Positions 17,715-27,579 of a stretch of 64,000 bases of DNA are shown in pieces. The DNA is from a bacterium. GTDB lineage: Bacteria; Zhuqueibacterota; Zhuqueibacteria; Oceanimicrobiales; Oceanimicrobiaceae. Positions within the stretch are counted from its first letter, which is position 1. Each line of letters opens with the position of its first letter. The translations under genes and the position numbers were made by a program. A model generated the notes under the pieces. The model was given only the letters and a program-made list of their open reading frames with translations. It was not told the origin of the DNA and made no database searches. Where the stretch lies: the NCBI GenBank assembly GCA_037446635.1, contig JBBIIG010000003.1, positions 66,635-130,634 on the forward strand, written 5' to 3'.

Positions 17715-18782
17715 ATGAAGAAACCGTTTTATCGTTCCATGAACTGGATTTTGGGTTTCACGGCTGTGGCTCTGATCGTGACGCTGGTTTGGATTGGCTG
17801 CGGCGAAAAATACCAGACGCCCAGCGGCCCGGAGCAGCTTCAGGAGAACCTACTCAGTGCCGATAATCCCCAAGTCAAAGCTGTGATGGAAATTCAGAAC
17901 CGCCACACGAATGACCTCATGGCAAAAGCGGGGGTGGTTGGCGTCGGCACCGGGATGACAGAGGATGGCCGGCCGGCGATCGTCATTTTCACCACCGCTG
18001 AAACGCTGGCCAAGGGCGAACGGCTGCCGCTGGCGATTGAAGAGGTGCCGGTGGTCGTCGAGGTGACCGGCGAATTCAAAGCCCTGCGAGGTGGGGGCAG
18101 CAGCTTCGACACCACCATCAAGCACCGTCCGGCGCCGAACGGCGTGTCGTTGGGGCATCCCGACATCACGGCCGGCACACTGGGCTGCCTTGTCACCAAA
18201 AACAACACCATTTACATTTTGAGCAACAACCACGTGATGGCGGACGAGAACCAGGCCAGCATTGGGGATAACATTTTACAACCCGGGACTTTTGACGGCG
18301 GACAAGATCCTGCTGACAGGATTGCGACGCTCTCCGAATTCGAGACCATTATCTTTTCTACCAGCGCCAGCAACGTGATCGACGCGGCGATTGCCGACGT
18401 GGATAATGACGCCGACGTGACCGGCGCTACGGAACCGGCTGGTTACGGCAGCCCGCGCTCCAACCCGATCACTGCCGCAGTGGGTATGCGGGTGAAGAAA
18501 TATGGCCGCACCACCAAGCAAACAACCGGCCGCGTCAGCGCCATCAACGCCACGGTCAACGTTGGCTATTCGACGGGAGTCGCCCGCTTCGTCAACCAAA
18601 TCGTGATTGGCGGCGGCAGCTTCAGCGCCGGCGGCGATTCCGGCTCCCTGATTGTTGTAAATGGCGGCTCAAATGACCGCCGGCCAGTGGGGCTGCTATT
18701 TGCCGGCAGCAGCACCTCCACCATTGCCAATCCCATTGGCGCCGTTTTATCAGAATTTGGGGTGACGGTTGTTGGGGATTAA
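17715..18782 (+). CDS. Trypsin-like (Nal1-type) serine protease lipoprotein with N-terminal pro-domain
   Basis: SD AGGAGG, lipobox-like WIGC, AGTLGC, LSNNHV (His), IDAA (Asp) and GGDSGS (Ser). Confidence 0.85.
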   Translation: MKKPFYRSMNWILGFTAVALIVTLVWIGCGEKYQTPSGPEQLQENLLSADNPQVKAVMEIQNRHTNDLMAKAGVVGVGTGMTEDGRPAIVIFTTAETLAKGERLPLAIEEVPVVVEVTGEFKALRGGGSSFDTTIKHRPAPNGVSLGHPDITAGTLGCLVTKNNTIYILSNNHVMADENQASIGDNILQPGTFDGGQDPADRIATLSEFETIIFSTSASNVIDAAIADVDNDADVTGATEPAGYGSPRSNPITAAVGMRVKKYGRTTKQTTGRVSAINATVNVGYSTGVARFVNQIVIGGGSFSAGGDSGSLIVVNGGSNDRRPVGLLFAGSSTSTIANPIGAVLSEFGVTVVGD

Positions 18783-18812
18783 CTAATTTGTAAATCAGAG
18801 TGTGAAAAAATG

Positions 18813-18859
18813 AGGGAAGAGTTTCGGAGGTAATCTACAAGCTCTTCCCTTTTGTTTTT
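18813..18859 (+). terminator. Putative terminator between the protease and the small lipoprotein
   Basis: AGGGAAGAG / CTCTTCCCT stem followed by TTTGTTTTT. Confidence 0.55.
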
Positions 18860-18867
18860 GGTTTGAA

Positions 18868-19182
18868 ATGATGATTTCCAAAGTAATTCTCCCCATTCTG
18901 GCGGCGCTGACGATGACACTTGGCTGCACGCAGGACGCCGCTAAAGAGGATGCCATGCCGAAGAAAAGCATCGAAACCGTGCTAAAAGAACACACCGACG
19001 ATTTGATGGCTCTGCCGGGCGTGGTGGGTACCGCGCAAAGTTTATGCAAAGGCCAGCCCTGCATCAAAATTTATGTCAGTGAAATGACGGATGAACTGCA
19101 GCAAAAACTTCCGAAAACTCTTGAGGGATATTTAGTCGATGTTGAAGTGACCGGCGAATTTCGCGCGCTGCCCAAAAAGTGA
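18868..19182 (+). CDS. Small lipoprotein homologous to the N-terminal domain of the upstream protease
   Basis: Lipobox TLGC. HTDDLMALPGVVG...VEVTGEFRAL matches the protease segment HTNDLMAKAGVVG...VEVTGEFKAL. Confidence 0.85.
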   Translation: MMISKVILPILAALTMTLGCTQDAAKEDAMPKKSIETVLKEHTDDLMALPGVVGTAQSLCKGQPCIKIYVSEMTDELQQKLPKTLEGYLVDVEVTGEFRALPKK

Positions 19183-19183
19183 C

Positions 19184-20719
19184 TCACCAACTCACGCCAA
19201 CCTGACCAAAATAGCGGTGCAGCCCCTTCCTCGCCTCGAGATTGGTGGCCTCCGCCCACAAATCCACCGGGTTCAAATCGTCGGTCAAAACCGCGGCGTG
19301 GCTAATTTCCGGTACAAAGCGATTATCCCAGGCTCGATTTTGATGGAAAGCTGGAGTCTTCCCGTAATTCAAATCGCGGACACCGGGGTCGAGCGGTTGA
19401 ATGAACGTCAGCTCGTTTTGAGAAGCCAATAAAATGATGTTGCCAATCACCTCCGGCGCGTGAGAGAGTGGCAGCGCCAGCACATGTTCGAAATGCGGTT
19501 TGAGCGTCGCCGCCAGCGACCGCACTAAAATATGGTTCCAGCTTAGCGCCTCCACATTAATGGCCAAAATGCCGCCGGGTTTCAGCCGCGCCGCCGTCAA
19601 ACCAAACGATTCCTTCGTCACCAGGTGGAACGGAATCGAGCTGCTGCCAAAGGCATCCAGGACGATGAGATCATAAAGCTGGTCTTTCTCTTTTAAAAAT
19701 TTGCGGCCGTCCATCACAAACACCCGCGCCTCGGAAGAATCCAACCCGAAATATTCGTAGGCGACATCGGCGACCTCCTGGTCAATTTCAACGGCATCGA
19801 CGCGCCAACTGGCCTGCGCATAATTTTTCGCCACCGAACCGCCGCCCAATCCAATTAACAGCAACCGGCCCTGTTTTTCAAAAAAAAGCTTGGCAATATC
19901 CAGCACGGCAACATAAGGAAAAACAGAGCGATAACTTTCCAATTCGACGATGGAGTGAATGCCGCCATCGATTACAAAATGGCGGCCGTTCTCCGTATCC
20001 ACCACCCGCAACTCGGCGTAGGGACTGTGCCGAACCGCAATCAAGCCCTTCTCCAAATCAGCGCGCTGGCCCGGCGCTTTGGCAAACGCCAACACCGCCG
20101 CGCCCATCGCCAGCACCGAAATAAACGTCATCAATTTTGATTTTAAATGAAAGAGGAACCCCACTGCTGCCAGAATCAACAGCGCCGCGCCAATCGCAAA
20201 CGTCAAGCGCGCCACGCCAAAATTGGGGATGAAAACAAAGCCGGTGAGCAGCGCGGAAATCACGCTGGCAAGGGTTGAAAGCGCGTAGATATCGCCGGCG
20301 GTGCGGCCCACGACGTTGAGGCTGGCGGCGCGCACGCGGATGGCGTACGGGCTGACCATCCCCAGCAGGGTCAGCGGCGGCACGAACAGAATGAACGCGG
20401 CGGTCAACACCGCAAACCGCAGCCCCAGGGGCTCGGAGACCGCCAGCACCGGACGGGTCAGCCAGGGGATGAGCAGCGTCCAGGCGCCGGCGCCGGCCAC
20501 AATGTAGTAGAGCCGGGAAATTTTCGCTTCTTTATCCGCCCAGCGCCCGCCGATGGCGTAGCCGGCACTGAGCGCAATTAGCGTCACCGTGATCAGCGCC
20601 GACCACAAAAACAGGCTGACGCCGTAAAACGGCCCCAAAATGCGCGTGCCCAAAATCTCGATCGCCAGCACCGCGGCCCCGCAAATGAAAACGATGATAT
20701 ATAAAAACAAATGAGGCAT
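19184..20719 (-). CDS. Fused MFS-like membrane domain / spermidine synthase
   Basis: About 7 TM helices followed by the SAM-binding motifs LLIGLGGG, VEID, DLIVLDAF and LTDD. Confidence 0.9.
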   Translation of the reverse strand: MPHLFLYIIVFICGAAVLAIEILGTRILGPFYGVSLFLWSALITVTLIALSAGYAIGGRWADKEAKISRLYYIVAGAGAWTLLIPWLTRPVLAVSEPLGLRFAVLTAAFILFVPPLTLLGMVSPYAIRVRAASLNVVGRTAGDIYALSTLASVISALLTGFVFIPNFGVARLTFAIGAALLILAAVGFLFHLKSKLMTFISVLAMGAAVLAFAKAPGQRADLEKGLIAVRHSPYAELRVVDTENGRHFVIDGGIHSIVELESYRSVFPYVAVLDIAKLFFEKQGRLLLIGLGGGSVAKNYAQASWRVDAVEIDQEVADVAYEYFGLDSSEARVFVMDGRKFLKEKDQLYDLIVLDAFGSSSIPFHLVTKESFGLTAARLKPGGILAINVEALSWNHILVRSLAATLKPHFEHVLALPLSHAPEVIGNIILLASQNELTFIQPLDPGVRDLNYGKTPAFHQNRAWDNRFVPEISHAAVLTDDLNPVDLWAEATNLEARKGLHRYFGQVGVSW

Positions 20720-21008
20720 GGCCCCTCCTCTCCTGATTTGACGTTTTCCATCGAGTATTTTTTAAACAGCGGTGGAGAATTTAGGTTTTTATCTTTAAAA
20801 AAACAACTCGGCGCTCTCTGCAGTTTAGGAAAACCTAAGACCACTTTGCGACTGAATTCCAGCCAGATGAAGTATAACCAATCAGCACCAGTCAATTTGG
20901 AAATTGCACTCTTCGGCGGCTCGGTTCATTTTCCTGGCATGGACATTGTAATCACATAACCCACGTTTACGACAACAGGTTTTGACAACATAATCGGAGG
21001 TTACAATC

Positions 21009-21782
21009 ATGAATCGACTTACAAATTTGATGGCGCTGCTGGCCGTGCTGGCCTTGATTGGCTGCAGTAAAAGTCCAACCATTCCGGACGGAATGGGGCG
21101 GCTGGAAATCGGCCTCACCGATGCCCCAGTGGATTTTGAGGCTGTGAACATCACCTTTTCGGAGATCAGCGCACATATTGACAGTGTGTGGATAAACCTG
21201 CGCGTCGATCCGGTTACCGTAAATTTGCTGGAATTCTCCAACGGCCAAACTTTTGAGCTGGCCGCCGAGAACGTGCCGGCCGGTCATTATACTCAGATTC
21301 GGCTCAAAATCACCGCTGCGGAGGTGGTCGTGGGCGGCCAGGTGTACCCGGTTACTGTACCCAGCGGTGCGCAGACGGGCTTAAAACTCGTGGGCCAGTT
21401 TATTATTGTTGCGGGCGAGACGCTGGCGCTGGTGCTCGATTTCGACGCTCAGCGCTCGATTGTTCGGACTGGGCCGCCGCAAAATCCTTTCGGCTATATT
21501 TTAAAGCCAACCATCCGAGTGATCGGCAAAGCCGATAGCGGCGCGATTTCCGGTGTCGTCAGTAACCCGCAGAACGCGCCAGTGGCCTACGCCATCGCCA
21601 GCGGCGACACAATAGCCGCCACGGTGGTCAAAAAAGATAATGGCAAATTTGTGTTGGGATTTTTGCCGGCCGGACTCTATGCGGTGAGCATCGCCGATAC
21701 GCTGAATCAATCGTATCGCAATAATCAGGTTTTGGTGGCCGTCGGCGCCGAAACCAACTTGGGAACGGTGACGCTGCAGTGA
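21009..21782 (+). CDS. DUF4382 domain lipoprotein
   Basis: Lipobox LIGC, LTDAP, VPSGAQTGLKL, LDFDAQRSIV and YILKPTIR. Confidence 0.85.
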   Translation: MNRLTNLMALLAVLALIGCSKSPTIPDGMGRLEIGLTDAPVDFEAVNITFSEISAHIDSVWINLRVDPVTVNLLEFSNGQTFELAAENVPAGHYTQIRLKITAAEVVVGGQVYPVTVPSGAQTGLKLVGQFIIVAGETLALVLDFDAQRSIVRTGPPQNPFGYILKPTIRVIGKADSGAISGVVSNPQNAPVAYAIASGDTIAATVVKKDNGKFVLGFLPAGLYAVSIADTLNQSYRNNQVLVAVGAETNLGTVTLQ

Positions 21783-21805
21783 CCACTAACGCATCAACCA
21801 CAAAC

Positions 21806-21836
21806 AAAAAAGCCCGATTGCAAAATCGGGCTTATT
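21806..21836. terminator. Bidirectional terminator between convergent genes
   Basis: AAGCCCGATT / AATCGGGCTT stem with A/T tracts. Confidence 0.7.
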
Positions 21837-21855
21837 AATTGGCGTTGGTCGAGAT

Positions 21856-22524
21856 TTAGTTGGTGCGAAATTCTTCGTATAGCGACAGCACGGCGGGCAC
21901 GTAGTTTTGAGTTTCTGAATAGAGAACGCCGTGCGCTTTGTTTTGCGCCAACCACATTTCCGCGCGCCGGTTGCCGCCGTTGTAAGCAGCCAGCCCGCCA
22001 TCGATATCGTACAACTCGATGAGGCTGGAAAGATAGCGGCAGCCGAGCCGGATGTTCAAAACCGGATCAAAGAGCACGTCATCGGCAGAAGTCCATTCGA
22101 CGCCTTCGATTTTCGCGAGAAACTTGCCGGTGGCTGGCATCACCTGCATCAGCCCCATGGCGCCGGCGGGCGAAACCACCTGCGGGTCCCAGCTAAACGC
22201 CGATTCGTGAGTGATGGTCGCGCAAATCAGATCCACATCGAGGTTGTTGTACTTGAAGCTGGCTTCGGTAATTTCATTGGCAATGGCGAGCTTGCGCTCA
22301 AACGGCATTGCCGGGTTATACCGATTTAATACTAACAGCACCTTGTTGATGTTGTCGGTTCGCAGCTTCTCAATTTGCGCCACTGAATTCAAAGTATTTA
22401 CCTGTTCAGAAAAATTCGCTATCTGTTTTCTCTCAACTGCTGTTTTTTGATAGACAACTAATCCAACCACGACCAAGGCAGCCAGTAGGGTCAATGATTT
22501 GGTTAACTGCAAACAACCTCCCAT
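21856..22524 (-). CDS. Lytic transglycosylase (SLT domain), membrane anchored
   Basis: ITHESAF, SPAGAMGLMQVMPATG, NIRLGCRYL, LAAYNGG and ETQNYV. Confidence 0.92.
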   Translation of the reverse strand: MGGCLQLTKSLTLLAALVVVGLVVYQKTAVERKQIANFSEQVNTLNSVAQIEKLRTDNINKVLLVLNRYNPAMPFERKLAIANEITEASFKYNNLDVDLICATITHESAFSWDPQVVSPAGAMGLMQVMPATGKFLAKIEGVEWTSADDVLFDPVLNIRLGCRYLSSLIELYDIDGGLAAYNGGNRRAEMWLAQNKAHGVLYSETQNYVPAVLSLYEEFRTN

Positions 22525-22679
22525 CTTTAAGTTACTAATTGCTCCCCCGTTTCTGTACTATATCTGCGCCCTTCTACGCAGTTTTTGAAAATTGGGTTTC
22601 CATCTTTTTTAATTTAGTACGATCATGCAACCACTAAGCTACTATTTTCGTGAGCTTTGTGGCTTGGCGGGAAAAGCTG

Positions 22680-25571
22680 TCAATAATCCAGCCCGATGGA
22701 AAAAAAGGTGGACGGTTCGCCGTTTTCGTGCTTAAAGGGAAAATCCCACCGCAGCACCAGTAATCCACCTAAGTTAAAGCGGATGCCCAACCCATAGGAT
22801 GTGCGAATGTCGTCAAAATTGAACGTGCGATTCAATTCTCTGCCGGTAGCAGGGTCGCGGCCTTCCACTCCCCAGGCATTAGCGGCGTCAAAAAAGGCGA
22901 CCAACGTCAGGAAGTCGTACTGAAGCGGCAAGAACGGAAACATGGGAAATCTGAATTCAATGTTCTGAAAAAAGATTTCGGTGCCGGCCAGCTCGCCAAA
23001 ATCCACGCCGCGAAAGGTGAAGGGCCCACCGATTCGGAACAGGCGCTCGTCGCGCCCGAAAATGCTGCCGGCGGTCAGGCGGTAGGCGATGGAGTAGCGT
23101 GGAACGCTGATGGGAATATATTTACGATAATCGGCCAGCAGCAACGTGTATTGCAAATCGCCGACGTTTTGCTGGGCGGTGAAGCGCGCGCGGGTTCCCC
23201 AGATGGGGGCCGCGATGCCCCAGGCCGCGGAGTCGCGGACTAAAGAAGCGTCGAAGCTGGTGAAAATGGCGCTGCCCGAACTCCGCCCGGTGACTTGTCC
23301 GGCAAAATTGAAGGAGATGACATCCTGGCTGACAAAATAAAGGTTCGAACCCAACTCGATGCGGGTGAAGGTGTCAAACGGCAACGAGGCGCCGCCGCCG
23401 ATACCGCGGAAGACCTGGCTGACGATTTCCCCCTCATCGGGCGAGGTGAACACACCGAAGTCGTCACGAAATTGGAAGCCCGATAACGCCCAATTGAGCC
23501 GGCGTTTTTGATTATAATAGGTGGCGATGATGGTGGATTCGAGGGGGTCGCCATAAAGCGCGGCTTGTAGAATCAGGGTCTTGTCGCCTAACATATCGCT
23601 AAACAGAAAGGCGGTCTGGCCGGCGAAACCGACGTTGCTGGCAAAGGCGCCGCCGCCCACAATCAAATCCGGAGTCAGCTTGGAGCGGTAACCCGCCAGT
23701 TGAAACTCCGAGCTATCGGGCAAAGAATATTGCCGGTATTTTTCGTTGGCGTCGGGCAACGACTCAAGTACCAGGCTCACTGGCGGTTCGACTTTTACTT
23801 TTTCATATTCATCTAATGTGTAAATGTACCAGCCGGCATTGGAGAAAGCGCTGAAAGCCAACCGTCCGGTCTCCGTGGCGAGGCTGATGGCGGGGCTTTC
23901 GGTGATAATTCCGGCGACCCCCGTTACGAAATTGGTGATTTGAAACAGCTCGCGGGTGTCCAACTTCATCGAATAAATATTGGGGATGCCGTTCATATCG
24001 GAAACGAAGAAAATTTCATCGCCGGTTTTGGACCACACCGGGTTGATGTGATTGCCGCCGGTTTCGGTCAGAAGTTCGGTTTTGCGTGTCTCCAAATCTA
24101 TCAGGGCGATATTGTAGTCGCCGAAAATGAGACTATCCACGTTGGTGCGGGGGCCGCGGTCGGTAGTAAAAGCGATTTTCAGGCCATCCGGCGACCATTG
24201 CGGGTGGAGATGCGAATAGCGATCGTCGGTAATTTTCTGCAGATCCGTGCCGTCACTATTGGCGACGTAGAGATTTGAAATGCCACCCTCTAAGCCGGAG
24301 AAAACCAGCCGGTCGCCGCTCGGGGACCAACTGGGCGCGGCCATGCCGGTGAGATTTTTAAACGAGAGCTTTTGGATGACCTTTCGCCGCTTGGCGTCCA
24401 CAATGTAAATGGCGTCGTTGGCGCCCGATTTGGCCACGAACGAAAATTTCTGGCCATCCGGCGACCAGTTCATCGCGGTGTCAAAATAGCGCAGCACTTC
24501 ATAGCTTTCGCTGGTGCCGCTGGTGACGATTTTGTGTTTATCTTTTTTATTATCGACCTCACGCAGGAACATGTGCAGGGTATAATTTTCATCGCCAATA
24601 TAGGCGATGTCCTCGCCATTCGGCGCAATCGCCGGCACAATATTGAGGCTGGTACAATCCACGCACGGGTCGTTCAAAGGCTTCGCTACTTCGCCGGGTT
24701 TTTTCAAGAACACATTTTGCGGCAAGTAGCGGCTGCGGGCGTCATCTTGCCAGCGCTTGGAAAGCTCTTCCAAATCTAAGCCGGTGTGAGCTTTGAAGGC
24801 TCGGTTCAAGTCGCCAGTGGCGCGAGCGGTTTTGAAAATTCGGCCGACCACCTCTTTGCCATCCCCGACGTAAAACCAGATGGCCTGCCCCATGCGATAG
24901 ACGCGAATATCGAACACGTACGTCATCTCCGGGATCGTGAGCAGGGTGTTGTTCAGAACCGCATCGCGCATCCACATGCGGGTGATGTTGTCCATACCCA
25001 CGGAAAGATACTCGGCCATGCCTTCGATAAACCATAACGGAGGGTTGAAGCGCCGCACCAGATCCGCTGGGCCTTCGGCCAGCAAAATATCAAACTGAAA
25101 TGCGTGCACCATTTCGTGGGTCAACACGTGAATGAATTGCGCATACGAGCCGGTGATGGGGAGAATCATTCGCCCTTTGAGGGATTCGGTGACGCCCTGT
25201 GTGCCTTCGCTGATATAACTTTGAATGGCGTTGGTCTGTTGAAAGTCGTTGTGTGAAGCGTAGAGCAAAAGCGGTATTTTTTGCTTGAATTTATAATCCA
25301 ACACTTCGCTGAGATAGGCATAGGAGCGCTCGGCAATCTGCGCGGCGTCCATGGCGGCCTGGCGCTCTTCTTCATAAAAATGAATGTCGAAGTGTTCGGT
25401 GTGAATGACCGACCAATTGAAGTTTTTATATTGGACTTTATTTTTGCCAAAGCCGAATATATCGCCAAATTGCGCGTAAGCGGGCGATGAAATTAGCAAA
25501 AAAAGCAACGGCGCGCTCCAAAGAAGATTCCTCCACCTCGAGTCGATTCTGCAATTTAACCGATATTGCAT
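22680..25571 (-). CDS. Fusion of HExxH peptidase-like domain, TolB-like PD40 propeller and Omp85/BamA-type barrel
   Basis: Signal peptide, THEMVH and WFIEGMAEY, repeated WSPDG/WSPSG, and a C-terminal barrel ending FFSIGLDY. Confidence 0.85.
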   Translation of the reverse strand: MQYRLNCRIDSRWRNLLWSAPLLFLLISSPAYAQFGDIFGFGKNKVQYKNFNWSVIHTEHFDIHFYEEERQAAMDAAQIAERSYAYLSEVLDYKFKQKIPLLLYASHNDFQQTNAIQSYISEGTQGVTESLKGRMILPITGSYAQFIHVLTHEMVHAFQFDILLAEGPADLVRRFNPPLWFIEGMAEYLSVGMDNITRMWMRDAVLNNTLLTIPEMTYVFDIRVYRMGQAIWFYVGDGKEVVGRIFKTARATGDLNRAFKAHTGLDLEELSKRWQDDARSRYLPQNVFLKKPGEVAKPLNDPCVDCTSLNIVPAIAPNGEDIAYIGDENYTLHMFLREVDNKKDKHKIVTSGTSESYEVLRYFDTAMNWSPDGQKFSFVAKSGANDAIYIVDAKRRKVIQKLSFKNLTGMAAPSWSPSGDRLVFSGLEGGISNLYVANSDGTDLQKITDDRYSHLHPQWSPDGLKIAFTTDRGPRTNVDSLIFGDYNIALIDLETRKTELLTETGGNHINPVWSKTGDEIFFVSDMNGIPNIYSMKLDTRELFQITNFVTGVAGIITESPAISLATETGRLAFSAFSNAGWYIYTLDEYEKVKVEPPVSLVLESLPDANEKYRQYSLPDSSEFQLAGYRSKLTPDLIVGGGAFASNVGFAGQTAFLFSDMLGDKTLILQAALYGDPLESTIIATYYNQKRRLNWALSGFQFRDDFGVFTSPDEGEIVSQVFRGIGGGASLPFDTFTRIELGSNLYFVSQDVISFNFAGQVTGRSSGSAIFTSFDASLVRDSAAWGIAAPIWGTRARFTAQQNVGDLQYTLLLADYRKYIPISVPRYSIAYRLTAGSIFGRDERLFRIGGPFTFRGVDFGELAGTEIFFQNIEFRFPMFPFLPLQYDFLTLVAFFDAANAWGVEGRDPATGRELNRTFNFDDIRTSYGLGIRFNLGGLLVLRWDFPFKHENGEPSTFFSIGLDY

Positions 25572-25714
25572 GTCTCCTCCTTAAAAATTGCAAATGAAAT
25601 CTACTAAGAAAAACTGATAAATCAAAATATTATTCCAAAATTTAACAACGTTGTCTTTTATACGCCTTTGGTAAATGTTTTATTCCAAAAGCAGAATGAA
25701 GGGCCCTCAAAAAG

Positions 25715-25760
25715 AATCGGGGTTGTCCAAAAATTTATTTTTTGAACAACCCCGATTTTT
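25715..25760. terminator. Long hairpin, probable terminator of 25808-26014
   Basis: AATCGGGGTTGT / ACAACCCCGATT. Confidence 0.55.
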
Positions 25761-25807
25761 ATTAATGCAATTGTAATTGGCTATTACCGAATTTTCCGCT
25801 TACGTGA

Positions 25808-26014
25808 TTACGCCAACGCAATCTGGTTCTGGTTCAGCTTCTGCGAGTAACGGATTCTAAACTCCTCAGCGTAACCTTCTGCAAACCAAATCATCGCTGC
25901 TTCTTGAAACGACACCTGAACCTGATTTTGGTGCGCCAGCGTTGCACGGAAGCTTTCGATTTCCATCAATTGCAGGGACATGAAGTCCGATTGTTTAGAT
26001 TTTTTTTCGCTCAT
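25808..26014 (-). CDS. Small hypothetical protein
   Basis: 68-aa ORF preceded by SD AGGAGA. Pattern QLMEIE...VSFQEAAMIW...YAEEFR. Confidence 0.65.
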   Translation of the reverse strand: MSEKKSKQSDFMSLQLMEIESFRATLAHQNQVQVSFQEAAMIWFAEGYAEEFRIRYSQKLNQNQIALA

Positions 26015-26364
26015 GTCGTTTCTCCTCTATTTTTTAGGAGCATCGCTCCATCAGCATCGAACATCTGCGCATTTTTACGCAAAAAATATACCAATGGCCG
26101 AGATTATTTTTTTCGCCATGAATAAACCAAAGAAAAATAAAGCCAGAAAGCAACCGGGCGTTACAACTCGATCTGGCGGCAGACTTAGCAGGTTTGACAC
26201 AACTGTGAAAAGTCTGCACCGAATTGATCCAATTCGGCAATTTGTCAGATGATTATCCTAAAAAGTTCTTCCAGCGCTTTTTGATATGAGAGTAAGTCCC
26301 CTGTTTTTTTGTCATATAAATTTAAAAAAGGAATCTTTCAAAAAATCCAAGCAAGGGAGGTACT

Positions 26365-27510
26365 ATGAGCACGAGAGCCGTTTTGGAAACATTGGATTCA
26401 GGGCTGAGCCAATCGCACGACTACCAAAACAAAAAGGACGAAACGGAAGAAAAAGTGCGGGAGTACTTTCTCGCCAAAAAAGGTGCGGACCCCACCGACA
26501 CTGCAATGGAACACCATTTCATCCAGAAAGCCTTCGCGAAAACCAATCTCGACACCGCCGCTCTGGCTTCCTATAGCAAAAGCTATTTGGAAGAAGCGTT
26601 CTACGAGCTCATCAACCTCGCGCTGTTTTCACGCTTCCGGCAAAAGACCGACGACGCCAATAGCAATTTCTCCAAAGCCAACCAAATTGCTGCTTATTTG
26701 AACAACCCGTTCATAACCGCCCATTATGACTTTGCCCTCGTTTTGGATGGCGAGCCGTTGAAAAAAAAGCTCAAAGCCGAACGATGCTATGAGTTGGTGA
26801 ACCAAACATTGGCCAGCGATAAGGACATGGGCGTTGAATTGATTGGTACCGGATTATTTTTGGCCATCGACATTCAGGATGAAAAGCGCCGCCTCGATTT
26901 CCTCTCCAAAAGCCAGTACGTGCTCTACGAACTGGAAAGCCTGCAACATGTCGCCATGAGCCTCGGCCTCTACCTGCTCGCCAACACAACGGGGTACGAA
27001 ACGCTCACCGGCTGGACCAAATTCCACAACGGCAACATCTGGCTGGATTTCGAGAACTATTTGTCCGCGCGCGACGAATTTGAAAGCGCCTTAGACTGGG
27101 CGCTCGACAGCGGCTTCCCCTACGCGGTGATGACGCTTTACGAACGTTTAGCCCTGGCCAACGCGCGGCTTAAGAAACCGAATCTCGCCGAAAAATATTA
27201 TCACGACTCGCGGCAGGCCGCGGCCTCAACTGAAATCAAACCCGAATTGGTTATGAAAAACGAAGTGCGCTGCCTCATCGGTTTGGGAAATCTCAACTAT
27301 CAAAAAGCCGTGGGCCAAAGCGGCAATGACAAAGAAAAACAATGCCGCGCCGCGGATCTGCTTTTCAAACAGGCGCTGAACCTAACCAACCAAATAAACT
27401 ACGCTTCCAACCGCAAGGTCGCGCTCACTAACTTGAGCGAGCTGTACAAACTCTGGCGCGGCCCCAACGATCCGGATGCGCAGCACTACATGGATCTGGC
27501 AAATCAGTGA
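26365..27510 (+). CDS. TPR-like helical protein, paralog of the N-terminal region of the downstream CHAT protein
   Basis: SD GGGAGG, helical repeats, and segments that align by eye with 27580-30657. Confidence 0.75.
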   Translation: MSTRAVLETLDSGLSQSHDYQNKKDETEEKVREYFLAKKGADPTDTAMEHHFIQKAFAKTNLDTAALASYSKSYLEEAFYELINLALFSRFRQKTDDANSNFSKANQIAAYLNNPFITAHYDFALVLDGEPLKKKLKAERCYELVNQTLASDKDMGVELIGTGLFLAIDIQDEKRRLDFLSKSQYVLYELESLQHVAMSLGLYLLANTTGYETLTGWTKFHNGNIWLDFENYLSARDEFESALDWALDSGFPYAVMTLYERLALANARLKKPNLAEKYYHDSRQAAASTEIKPELVMKNEVRCLIGLGNLNYQKAVGQSGNDKEKQCRAADLLFKQALNLTNQINYASNRKVALTNLSELYKLWRGPNDPDAQHYMDLANQ

Positions 27511-27544
27511 TCGCCATCGCGCGAGACACGGCTACAAAAAATGG

Positions 27545-27573
27545 TTGAAAAATAATTTCGTAGGCGTTATCAT
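27545..27573 (+). promoter_or_regulatory. Putative leaderless promoter of the CHAT gene
   Basis: TTGAAA-17 nt-TATCAT, then 6 nt to the ATG at 27580. No SD. Confidence 0.5.
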
Positions 27574-27579
27574 TCGCCT

